Positions 34,691 through 47,393 of a stretch of DNA of 64,000 bases are shown one piece after another. Origin of the DNA: Octopus bimaculoides. Taxonomy: Eukaryota. Position 1 is the first letter of the stretch; each line of letters opens with the position of its first letter. Location of the stretch: assembly GCF_001194135.2 (NCBI RefSeq), contig NC_068982.1:5405858-5469857 (forward strand). The letters are read 5' to 3'. The notes below the pieces were generated by a model that saw only the letters and a list, made by a program, of their open reading frames with translations, was not told the origin of the DNA and did no database searches. The position numbers and the translations under genes were made by a program.

Positions 34691-37489
34691 TATGTTAATT
34701 ATGGATAATAGGGTTGCATGGGGTCATAAGAAATTTGTGTTCGTGTATACTGGCCTAGAACAGCTTAAAATTATCATTGTTTAACGTCCTCCTTCCATGC
34801 TGGCATGGGTTGGATGGTTTGATAGGAGCTGGCCAGACAGAAGCCTCCTGCACCAAACTTCTGTGTCTATTTTGGCACAGGTTTTATGGCCGAGTGCCCT
34901 CCGTAACACCAACCTCTCCGCAGAATGGGCTGAGTGCTTTTTACATGGCACCAGCACAGGTGAGGTCAGTTTTGGCATGGTTTTTACAGCTGGATGCCCT
35001 TCCAGATGCCAACCACTTTACAGGGTGGACTGGATGCTTTTTAAGTGGCACCTGCATTGGAAGGGTCACCAAGGAACTTGTTAGACAAGGAATCTTTGGT
35101 AGGGGAGGGGGCATTGGAGAAGGTGATCTTGTGCCAGATGATGAAAGGTTAGAGTGTGAAAGACAGACAGAAATAGATGTCTTGCTGTAGAGGAAGTACA
35201 TGGTTACTCAGTCAGAGAGAGAGGGAGAGGGGGAGAGAGGGGGGGGAGAAAGAAAGGGAAATTGTGTTAACAAGAAAGAGGACAGACACGGGTGTGCTGC
35301 TGTAAAGGAGATACAAGTTTACCTAGCCAGTGGAGAAGAATGCTATTACAAAGTATAGACAAAATGACATTATAAGGTAACGACTACCAAAGTGTAGAAT
35401 ACATTGAAGATTGGAAGAGGACTTCTTGGGATTATGGTTTACAACGATTTTCACACTTGAGAAGTTACTATATATTCAATTATGCCAGAGATGAATCAAA
35501 CTTGTGTTTAACAATAATTTTACTGCGGTCTCTGACAGATTTAGTATTCGGTTTCAAAGACATATGAAATGAGATGAGAATTGTAGATTCAATTTATTTT
35601 TACTAAGTCTGGTTACTTTGATGAAATAGAATGGCTTGGAATAACAAAAGAGGAGGCTGAAGATGGCATTACAGATTACTGGAGAAAATTTCATTGCATC
35701 TCAGCAAAACTCAGTGAATGAATAAGACCATACACATTGAAAGAACAGCCAGGAAAACCAGTGAAGATATTACAAATTTCCATGGTGAGCAGGAGGAATT
35801 AAATGGATAATTTGCAGAAGAGACTTTTTAGAGAAGCTTTTTGCCAAAGAACAAACAGGAAAACTGATTGAAAGCAGTTTTCCATAGTTTTGTCTTATGT
35901 CACAGCTGAGAAAACCTTTAACCCTTCAGCAGTTAAACTGGTCATATCCAGCCCAAATATTCTGCGTGATTTATGGTCAAACTGGCCAGATCCAACCACT
36001 TACACCTACCCTACAATGTCATTCTAAAAATAAGCAATCACATCAAAATTTCAAAACCATGAGATAATGCATGATTAATTGAAATAAATAAGTATTGCAA
36101 TTGACAGAGGAATCTGAATGCTTAACGGTCAAATCGAAGGCGCCACTTGTACAGTTCAAGTGGAAGAGTCCAATACCAGAATTATGGACAGCATGACTAT
36201 GACTAGCTGTAATTGTTAGGCGGTTGTGGTGGGGAAATTCTAAAAGTTTAGTGCTTTCAAAGTGAGTGCCACAGTGACTGAGAGCAAAGCTTGTGAGTAC
36301 CACACAAAATAAATGTGGAGAGACACAGGAAAAGTAGCTTAACTGTTTAGCATTTTAAACCAGTCATATCCAGCCCAAATATTCTACCCACGTTAAGTTC
36401 AAACCAGCCAGGTTTGACCCCCATACATCTCTACAATGTCACTCTAAAAATATAGAATTTGGATGAGGTTAGCTTGTGTAAAGAATTGCCAATCTCTAAC
36501 TGCGGAGGGAACCTGTGGAAGAGGTAGACACAGGAAGACATGGGATAAGGTGGTGAAGCATGATTTTTGAACTTTGGTCCTCACAGAGGCAATGTCCAGT
36601 GACCAAGACCTTTGGTGATATGCTGTGCTTGAGAAGACCTGTCAAGCCAAGTGAAATTGTAGTCAAGGGTGATGTTGGTGTCCCGTAACAGGCACATAAA
36701 AAGCACCTTTTGAGCATTGGACCTCATGGAGGCAAAGTGGCTGATGCTGGTGGCACATGAAAAGCTCCTTTCAAGTGTTGGGCCCATGGAAGCAATGACC
36801 AAGACCTTTGGCATTATGTCATGCTTGAGAAGAGGACCCATCAAGCCAAGTAAAATCGCAGTCGTAGCAGATACTGGTGACATGTAAAAGCACCCATTAC
36901 ACTCTCAGAGGGGTTGGCATTAGGAAGGGCATCCAACCATAGAAAGCATACCAAATCAGACTGGAGTCTGGTGCAGCCTTCCAGCCCATCAGCCCTGGTC
37001 AAACTGTCCAACCCATGCCAGCATGGACAACGGGCATTAAATGTTGATGATGATCATCACCAAAATCTAAAAGCTACGAGAAAAGACACAATTACTTTGA
37101 AACAATGGGAATAAATAAGTGTTACATTTGAGAGAGGAATCTGAATGCTAAGGGGTTACAGAGATGCTTTTCTGTCGGTGAACGAAAAAGAATAACATGT
37201 AAACCAAGAATGGTCAGAATTTAATTGATTTGGCAACTAAACCAATAACAGCAGCTGTCAAGGTTTTGTTGACAATGTAAGAATGCTATCGATAATTTTA
37301 GAGGTGTTTCAAACTAATGTGACCTTTTGATCTAATTTTAATTTTATTTTATCTTTTGTATGTTTTCTTAATAGGTCATTACAACTGAATCGTTTCATTT
37401 AAAGTACTTTCTTTATCCAAACCAAAATATCTTCTCATAAATATCTTTGCTATATGTATCTATCCATCATTTCACATTATGTTATTTAT

Positions 37490-37915
37490 CATCGTTTAAC
37501 ATCCGCTTTCCATGCTAGCATGGGTTGAACGATTTGACTGGGGACTGGTGAACCAGATGGCTACACCAGACTCCAATCTAATTTGACAGTGTTTCTACAG
37601 CTGGATGCCCTTCCTAATGCCAACCACTCTGAGAATGTAGTGGGTGCTTTTTACGTGCCACCGGCACGAGGGCCAGTCTGGCAGTACTGGCAACAGCCAA
37701 GCTCAAATGGTGTTTTTTTATGTGCCACCTGCACAGGAGTCAGTCCGATGTTTTGTTGACATGCCACCGGCACAAGTGCCAGCAAGGCGAAGCTGGAAAC
37801 GATCGCGCTCAAATGGTGCTTTTTACGTGCCACCAGCACAGGAGTGAGACTGCTGCTCTGGCAGTGATTCTGCTTGGATGGTGCTGTTAGCGCTCCACTG
37901 GTACGGGTGCCAAGA
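37490..37915 (-). mobile_element. Abundant (GAT)n-tailed SINE with AGGAAGGGCATCC core and modular 60-bp units (representative)
   Basis: CATCATCATCGTTTAACGTCCGCTTTCCATGCTAGCATGGG... recurs at about 10260, 11500, 13190, 21085, 21700, 29600, 31050, 34770, 36480, 38995, 40145, 43490 and 44617. Confidence 0.85.
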
Positions 37916-38426
37916 AAATTCAGAAACTCTGCTTAAACCCCTTCCTTAACAAATTTCTGTTGAAATACTCTGCCTTTGTTTCAGAGGATTTAGAGAATAA
38001 TGACAGATTTAGTAAAAATACCATCATCATTATTAAGCCGATGTTTAGAACATAAATTAATGTGAAAATTTGATGGTAGGCTTTGATTTAAACCCTTTTA
38101 AAATCAGAAGTTTGTATTACAAAGCCAGTCACAGATGGGATGGTATGAAAAGAATGCCATTGCAACAAAATTCTCTTTCAAAGGTCGTATTCTATTCAGA
38201 CTTGTGGTAAGCAAGGAAAGAGTTTAGACATTTTAACAAAAGATTTAGGTCAACTATCAAAAGAGAAAGTTGTTCCCTGTTGATTTCGTTGTATTTTAAA
38301 AGGAAATGTAACTTTCAACACACACACACAGACTTCTAATTTTACTGTGGGTTATTTTAGTCCAATGCCAGCATGGAAAACGGATGTTAAATGATAATGT
38401 GAATAGAAGCATTATTAGCTGCTTAC

Positions 38427-38447
38427 AGACACATCCATAACAAAATT
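38427..38447 (-). CDS. CLCN7: Candidate 21-nt CLC-7 microexon (NFVMDVS)
   Basis: Strong acceptor TTTTTCTGTTCTGCATCTTGTTCAG, donor TCT|GTAAGC, phase 0-0, in frame between the flanking exons. No homology support. Confidence 0.45.
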
Positions 38448-39317
38448 CTGAACAAGATGCAGAACAGAAAAAGTTTGCTGCAAAACTGTCTTTTAGTTCC
38501 TTAATTGCATCAAGAGGCACAGGCATGATTGTGTGCTAAGAAGCTTGCATTCCAACCACATGGTCTTGGGTTCAATACCACTGCATAACACCTTGGGCAG
38601 GTGTATTCTACTATAACCTCAGGCTGACCAATGCCTTGTAAGTGGATTTGGTAGACGGAAACTGAAAGAAGCCTGTCACATACGTGTATGTATGTGTGTG
38701 TCCCACCATTGCTTGATAACAGGTGTTGATGTGTTTACTTAGCAGCTCGGCAAGAGAGGCAGGTACAATAAATACCTGGCTTAAAAAAAAAACACAAGTC
38801 CCGGGGTCGATTCGTTCAACTAAAACTCCTTCAAAGGAGTGCCCTAGCATGGCCACAGTCTAATGATGGAAACAAAAGATAATGTAACAAAGTTATGAGC
38901 TGGACGCAAAACAGATAAAGCTACTGCAATATTCTTTCAGTTTCTTAATACCATTAAGACATTCAAGAGAGAACAGAAAATACCTGATCATCATCATCAT
39001 CATTTAGCGTCCATGTTCCATGCTAGCATGGGTGGGATGGTACCACAAGAGCCGGCCAGGCCAAAACCTGCACCAGGCACCTGTGATTGTTTTGGCAAGA
39101 TTTTTACAGCTGGATGGCCTTCCTGACGCCAACCGTGTGGACTGGGTGCTTTTGAGTGGCACCTGCACTGACAGGGTCGCCAAGTACTTGCAAGACAAAA
39201 ACTTAATAGGGGAGGAGGCATTGGAGGAGGTGATCTTGTGTTGGATGAGGAAAAGGTTGTAGCGAGACAGATAGAAGTGTCTTGGTGGAGAGGAAGTACA
39301 AGATTACCTGGCCAGTG

Positions 39318-39638
39318 TATACATACATACACATATATATAAATGTATATACACACACATATATACAAACATACATATAAATATATACACACACACATAA
39401 ATATATACACACACATATATACACATACATACATATAAATATATACACACATATATATATACACACAAATACATATAAATATATACACACAAACATATAT
39501 ATACATACATATATACACACATATATACATATGCACACATACATATATATATACACACACACACACACACAGATATATACACACAAACATATATATACAT
39601 ACATATATACACACATATATACATATGCACACATACAT

Positions 39639-39687
<49 letters not shown>

Positions 39688-39870
39688 AATACACACACAC
39701 AGATATATACATACAGATATACACACACATATATATACACAAACATATATACACATATAAACACACATATATACACAAATACATACACACACATATACAC
39801 ACATATGCATACACATGTATCCATATGCATACACACATATATACATATGGATACACATATACACACACAA
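39318..39870. repeat. Compound (CA)/(TA)/(TACA) microsatellite (similar tract 53775-54008)
   Basis: Seen directly; source of the spurious YI/CV-rich ORFs. Confidence 0.95.
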
Positions 39871-41304
39871 AAATATACCCAAAACAGGCTGCTGAAATTT
39901 CAGCTAATTCTTGGCTATTTTGAATGAAGCCAATGTTCAAATCCAGTTTCTTGAAATGTTTAGAAACTGAAATCGCAAGTAGCCGTCTCAGTCCACGAAG
40001 AACCAAACAGCATTTTGCCTTCTCTCAAAATCTGACTTCTAAACCAAAGTGCATCACACCAAACTTATTGTTCTTCAGAGTATGAGTCAGTGCCATGTAA
40101 TGAAAACAATGTTGCCTGAGTCACTTAATTAGAACCCAATGCACTGTGAAGTGGTTGGCATTAAGAATGGCATCTAGTTATGGAAACCAAGCCAAAACAG
40201 ACAACTGGAGTCTGTGGAACCTGGTGCAGTTCTCTGGTTTGCCAGCTCCTATCAAACCATCCAACACAAACCAGTATGGAAACGGATGTATGATAATGAT
40301 AATGATGATGATTAAGCTCATTAGAGCAAAGTTTGCATATTTTCATCATGAATCCTTTTATTATCTCCATATGTCATTACATTATCAGAGTAATGTGCTA
40401 CTTTTTTCAAGTCCTTAAGTTCTTCCGTGTCATATTAAAAATTACCACTATTTGTCACTCCAATAATTAATCACAAAAATTAGTTTAATTTATTATTTAC
40501 TTCCACAGTTGTAAAATGCTGATCTCGAAGAGGTAAAGTCACTTGATAAGCCAGACAAAGGTCAGTAATAATGAGATGAAGATTTCCATGAATTTGACAG
40601 AGAAAAAAAAATGCTAATGAGTCAGTTGGAAAGTACATCTATTAATAGTAAATACATAGTCAACCGAACAATTTAACAATACCGTGAGGGTTCTAAAGTT
40701 ATAATTATTTCCTCAGCCAGCAATTATTTCAAATTTAATGGACTCATCGTCTTCAAAAGATCAACTCTGAGAGGAATAAAACATGGCTATGGTTTCTATA
40801 GAAATCAATAAGCTGGACTCGGTGAATATTTGAAGTTTTGTAAAATAGATGATTAAGTCCTGAAGTTTATAGTAGATACAAGCATAGAGTAGGGGCTTCA
40901 CTTGTAGATACAACCTAATGCGATTGAAATAGTAATAAGATTCATGAGATGACAGAATCATATTTTCCACAGGCAATAAAAACTTCAGTCACCAGAGAGT
41001 AATTGTTTGTTTCAACGTTTGGAATGTTTTCCTGTTCTTTTAAGCATTTCCATTAACAGATAAATGTGAGTAGGATTTAATGCCAAGTTTTTAGGAGGTC
41101 GTTGTGAGTGAAAGACGATTCATTACCATTGATTGTGTCCATTACAGATCAAAAAATTTTTGCTGAGATGCTTGCTATTACAATTAAGTTTTATATACTT
41201 TTGGAAAATGTCTTTAATCTTACAATTAAGACTTCGTTTATCAACAGTAAGATATTCTTTGTGACAATCTTTGAAATAAGTTTTTGTCAATCTGAACTGA
41301 ATTT

Positions 41305-41567
41305 ACATTATTTACATTTGGCAGATATTTGTCCTTATCTTGTTTGTTGTTAACACGTTTCAGCTGATATACCCTCCAGGTGTCTTGGGGAAATTTTGAA
41401 CCTGGGTTCTCATTCCTAAGGTGTTTTTTGATATTATTATTATTATTCAAGTCACTGCCTGGAATCAAACTCGGAATCTTGGGGTTAGTAGCCCACGCTC
41501 TTAACCACTACGCCATATGCCCGTGTAAATAATGTACATAATTCCTCATCTCTTAAATATAGAACTG
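41305..41567 (-). mobile_element. Family H1 SINE copy with deleted ribozyme core
   Basis: Same head and tail as 33395-33760; CCTTCATCAG is lost between CAG microhomologies; inverted tail at 41524-41567. Confidence 0.8.
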
Positions 41568-42120
41568 AATTGAATTTATCTTAAAAAAGCAACATCTCAG
41601 TCTATTGCTCAATCAATCACTCAATATCTCCCTGCATTATTCAGTGCTCCAAGCTTTGATCAGCATCACTGAGTACTGAGCATCAAAATAACCAACTTAA
41701 AACTTCCTCCTCCTCCTCCTCCTAAATTACTGGCCTTGAGCCAACATTTGAAACCAATATACACATTATTTAAATTTGAGCTTCTATTGGTAGCTAATAG
41801 AAACTCAAATCTAAATACTGTGTGCATGTGTGTGTGTGTGTATTAAATGAGGATATATTTTCACTGTCGGCGTTTTCTGTATGTCGCCTGCTCATTTTTT
41901 TTTCATGTTTCTTTTATAATTCAATTTTTTTTAGTCCGTTAGGATGTGTGGTTTGTGCCTGAGGAATCTGAGTTTTCTCAACATATGAAACTATTAGTAG
42001 CGCTTTAATACATGTATTGTGATCTTCAAATAATATTTATCTCTCACCAGATGGAGTACTGTTTTTGTTGAATTTTCTATCACAGATCAGTACATTTTAT
42101 ATATATACACACACACACAC

Positions 42121-43175
42121 TGATGTGAAGTCATGTATTGAAAACTGATAAGGAGGATACAGGAGGCGGTCGAAAAAGCCAGCTTCTATATATGGCTGAA
42201 GCGGGAAGACCGAATATGGCTTGAAAGTCATAACAAGTCTAGGTGAGACAGGCTGACAGTGAAGTGGCTTCGAGCCCTCCATTGTCAGTTAAAGTTCAGA
42301 CAGTGTCATGTGACAACTTGCTGGTGCTGCCTACTGGACCCTAGCAGCGGGAAATTTAGACAGTGTCACGTGACAACTAGCTGGGGCTGCCTGCTGGAGC
42401 CTAGCAGCAGATATAAAAAGGGGAACTTGACACGACGATCAGTCGGACGCTGACACTTGTTGATGCTGCATCGAAGAGGCCAGGGAATAGAAGAAAGAAG
42501 ACATGCACCCAACACCAGAGCTGAAGACACCTCCGAAAGGGGGTGGCCCCGCCACGTCAAAACGGTAGAGGAGTAGGGGCCGAAACCGGATGTGGTTCCT
42601 CCTGATGATGTCTTCAGCTAACTGGATCCTATAAAGGAGCTGTTGTGGTAGCAGACCACGAAACATGGTTGAAATTCCCCTTCCTATATATGAATTATAA
42701 ATAAAATATATATATATATATATATATATNNNNNNNNNNNNNNNNNNNNNNNNNNNNNNNNNNNNNNNNNNNNNNNNNNNNNNNNNNNNNNNNNNNNNNN
42801 NNNNNNNNNNNNNNNNNNNNNNNNNNNNNNNNNNNNNNNNNNNNNNNNNNNNNNNNNNNNNNNNNNNNNNNNNNNNNNNNNNNNNAATAACCATAGCGAG
42901 GGACATTCCACAGTTGAATTAGAACAGTCACAAACAGCGAAAGAAGACATGCACCCAACACCAGAGCTGAAGACACCTCCGAAAGGGGGTGGCCCCGCCA
43001 CGTCAAAACGGTAGAGGAGTAGGGGCCGAAACCGGATGTGGTTCCTCCTGATGATGTCTTCAGCTAACTGGATCCTATAAAGGAGCTGTTGTGGTAGCAG
43101 ACCACGAAACATGGTTGAAATTCCCCTTCCTATATATGAATTATAAATAAAATATATATATATATATATATATAT
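42121..43175 (+). mobile_element. CpG-rich retroelement terminus (Penelope pLTR-like or LTR) with promoter, duplicated across a gap
   Basis: 60-bp tandem repeat, TATAAAAAG 42412-42420, TCAGTC 42439-42444; 42494-42729 is repeated at 42940-43175; ends in (TA)n. Confidence 0.6.
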
Positions 43176-43218
43176 AGGCATATATATACATACATATATG
43201 TACATACTGACATATATA

Positions 43219-43299
<81 letters not shown>

Positions 43300-43806
43300 A
43301 TATATGGGTACAGGATGTCACACTACGTGAACAACATGAAATCCGAAATATGAAAAACAACATGGAATACGAAGACAATTTTTTTTTTTGCGAACAACGA
43401 GAGAAACAAATGGAAAACAAGACAAACAACATAAAGAGCGACCCTTGTTTACATATTGTGACGTCCTGTACCCATATATGCATATAGTAAAAGCACCCAC
43501 TACACTCTCTGAGTGGTTGGCGTTAGGAAGGGCATCCAGCTGTAAAAACTCTGCCAAATCAGACTGGAGCCTGGTGTTGCCATCCGGTTTCACCAGTCCT
43601 CAGTCAAATCGTCCAACCCATGCTAGCATGGAAAGCGGACGTTAAACGATGATGATGATGATATATATACATATGTCAGTATGTACATATATGTATGTAT
43701 ATATGCCTATACATATATATATTTTATCTATATTATATGATTTAACGCCATGCACCCATTTCCAAGTANNNNNNNNNNACCCATTTCCAAGTAAGTTTAT
43801 CTTATC

Positions 43807-43860
<54 letters not shown>

Positions 43861-44479
43861 CAATATATATATATATACGCACACATGCTCATTATGACAA
43901 ACTTATTATCATACACTCTCTCTTTGCTCCCAGCGGAGGCCTGTCAGTGTCCAGCTGGACATCTCTTCAAGTATGTCTGCCTGTAATGGATTCAATGATT
44001 GATGATGATAGCAATTCGTCATAAGTAACATCTGCATGTTTCTACAGTCAAACATTTTTTTTCTTCTTCTTAGATCATGAAACAAACTTCAAACTACCCA
44101 CTCATTCTTTTCCTTATCAATCTGGAAAGATTATTGAAATGCTAGAGCAGAATTATGTAGATGCGTGCCATGAGGCAGAAGATGAGATGGAGACGAACCT
44201 GAATTAGACTCCTCAATGGTAAGTACGAAAGTTCGAATTTTTCTGAGTAGCTAGCAGTGGCAGTGTGGGTGGGGGAAGCATACAACTGGCAGAGAAACGG
44301 GCAGATACACACATACACACACACATGTATAAATATACATACGGAGGGGTCAAAGTGTGTAATAGAATAAGTATAGACAAAATATGAATGATATAATGTC
44401 AACTCCACATGTGCTTCACAATTTGGATTGTGAAGATAAGCAGGACTGATTCTATGAAGCACTATTGTAACTACCTGAA

Positions 44480-46500
44480 TGATGAATGACAATGGCATCA
44501 TCATGACTGGTGACTTCAGTGGATATGTTGGCATTATGAAGGATTCTATCGAAGCTATGACTTCCATTTGATAAATGAAGAGAGAACAAGGTTCCTGAAT
44601 TTCCGTGACAGCAATCATCATCATCATCATCATTTAACGTCCGCTTTCCATGCTAGCATGGGTTGGACGACTTGACTGAGGACTGGTGAAACCAGATGGC
44701 AACACCAGGCTCCAATCTAAATTTGGCAGAGTTTCTACAGTTGGATGCCCTTCCTAACACCAACCACTCATGTCTTGACAATTTGCTACACTAACTGCAA
44801 GAAGTCAACCGGATCATCATCGACCAATCAAGTGAACACACAAGCTGGATAGACTTCTCTGCAGGAAATAATGACAGTCAGATCGTTTGCGGATGCTAAG
44901 TTCTTCTTTCTCAGAGAAAGTTACGAATTAGGAATTCTGAAGTAAAAGCTAGACAAACTCAGAAACAAAACAGTTTGAAGAAGGAAGACATGGAAGTTAA
45001 AAAAGCCATTGAACGATCAGAAATTAAGAGAATTTAGTTGAAGCATATCCCAGAAGGGAAGAGAAGATGGAAATATAATAGAGAACAATTAGAAGTTTTC
45101 TTATTTGGGGAATCTCTGTTGTGAGCTATAGACCAGATCTGTGGCTGGGTTAAGGTTATCACCAGATGGAGAGTGACTTGGTGCCAGAGTAGTACTAGAA
45201 ATAGAGCCATGAAAGCCAAGAGATAAAGTATGGAAAGAGTGAAAGAAAGGAAACAGCAGAGAAATACACCAAGTAACTAGATGTATGTAGCATAGAAAGA
45301 AGTAGAAAGTAAGAGGGGCACCAATGCTCTATGGGAAGATGATCCCTCAGAATAGACAGCCGAGTAGTTCAAGAAGGCGTCATACCTAATGACTGGATAA
45401 CTACACAGATATCAAACTATTAAATCAGGTCATGAAAGTAATGGGAAAAAAATATCAGATTAGTGGGAGAAGCAGCCTAGATGAGATGCAGTTTGACCGA
45501 GGGCTAGAGCAAAGTGTAGACAGCAAGGTGAGAGCCAGTAATGAGTACAGCGACAAATTTAGCATGCAGGTAGGAGTTACTCGGGTTCTCAGTTCCGTTC
45601 TACTTACCATGGTTCTCCAGACATTAGAAATTTAAGGCTGGCTGTCTGTGAGAACTCTTAATTTGAGTGATCTTGTTCTTATAGCTAAATCTGTAACAGA
45701 ATTACAAGAAATTTCAGATAAGGCCTCAAGTAAACTTAGCAATGAGTAAAGTAAATAGGAAAGGAGACAGGATTTTGCTTAGTATCAGGGAAACGGCTCT
45801 GCTCCGAGTACATTGAAGGAATGGGTAGAATTTTCATACATTATAAATATGAGAGCATAAGAGGTGTAATGGAACCATAGGCAGACTGACAGAAAAAGTA
45901 GACTCTTGTGACAGATGTACAGAAGTACTAAGCATTAAAAGTACACAGAAAACAGATTGTCTCAGATGTCTGGAATGCTCTCTATCAGTTGAACGTTTCT
46001 GTTACCCCGGTAACATAATTTGCAGTAACCAGAGTAAAAGTAGATTGAAGAAAATCAAGAGTTGTTACTTCTGCTGGCAACAAAAGATTTCCTTACCAGA
46101 GTGGTGCTTGTATACAAACTGCAATGCTGCATGAAGGCCCCAAAATGTACAAGATTTGAGAAGACTAAGAAGAAGAGATGAAAATGTTCCAGTGGAGGGC
46201 AATATTTATGTCCATGAATGATAGAAATGAGTAAAGATAAAAATTGGGTACCAAAGGAATTGGATGGAGTCTGGAAGAGAGAAGATTCAGCTGGTTTGAG
46301 CCTGTGATGCACATGGAGGATAGCACATAGATAAAAGAATGTGCAACGTATTGAAAGTGAATGGAACGCATGGAACTGGAAAATTGATGGAAAATTTGGA
46401 CAAAGTGGTGAAAACCGACCTCAAGATGATACATATCACACTGCATGGCATGAGAGAAGCCCCAATCAGCCATGTAAAATGGGTTTGATCAAACATTAAA
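44480..46500 (+). mobile_element. Decayed RTE-clade LINE (APE endonuclease to RT), interrupted by a SINE at about 44617-44770
   Basis: IIMTGDFSGYVG (APE motif) near 44500; VRASNEYSDKFSMQVGV near 45530 parallels RT domain text; many stops and deletions. Confidence 0.75.
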
Positions 46501-47393
46501 ACGGGCAGTGGTGGAGGCTGGGAAGCATATCCACCCATGACACTTTGTCCCAACTACTTTTATCTCTTTCCAGTTCCACCCAATCATTCTCTCCTTCCTC
46601 TTTTGTAAAATATGAGTAGTCATGTAGCTTCTCTGCAGCAGGAAACTTGTTCCACTTTGGCCCCTTCTCTCATTCATTATCTGCTCATTTCTTTGGCATC
46701 ATGAAAAAAGCACCCAGTATACACTGTAAAGGTGGTTAGCATTAGGAAGAGCACCCATCCATAGAAACTATGCCAGAGCAGTCAGTGGAGCATGATGTGG
46801 CCCTTGCACCCATAGCATGCTGTCAGACCACACAACCCCCCAAGCCAACAAGGAATATGGATGTTAAATGATATGATGATACATTTAGAACTTGGCTCCC
46901 CAGTTGACTCCACTCCATCATCCTCACTACTCTATTACCCTTTCTTTCATAGTAACCGTTGACAAGGCTCTTTCTCCACCCCCATCTGTTTAATTATCAC
47001 TATCACTCTGCCCGCCCCCACTAACACTGACTTTTGTTACTTCCTCCACTACCACCCCCTTAAACAATAAAGCTCTTCCTCTCATCACATTTAATTTCTC
47101 TTACCTAAAGGCATGCCTGTCTCTCCTGTAGGGACTCCTTAAGTCTAGTAAATTACAAGGGGACCTCACTAATGCTACCAGAGAGAATGCAGGACTGAAA
47201 GGGCTCTTAGAACTTGCCAAAAGCAAGACAACTTCTATAATGGTGCTGCCATGAAACAATACACCCAGCACACACTGTAAAGTGGTTGGTATTAGGAAGG
47301 TTAGAAACTATGCCAAAACTGACACATCAGAACAAGACCTGGGTCTCCAACCTGCCAGACCCTTTGAACTGTCTAATGCCTTTTCTATATTTT

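Noticed and set aside
39000-40006. Long ORFs rich in C/V/Y/I or H/T/Y/I
   Set aside because: Translations of microsatellite; the same applies to 53759-54103 and similar tracts.
40501-40541. SSRSAFYNCG, loosely like human RSALFRVG, as a possible CLCN7 exon 2
   Set aside because: The only usable acceptor gives a 41-nt exon that begins with TGA in phase 0, which is frame-incompatible.
43775-43815. Direct repeat CCCATTTCCAAGTA either side of 10 Ns
   Set aside because: Typical contig-overlap artefact.
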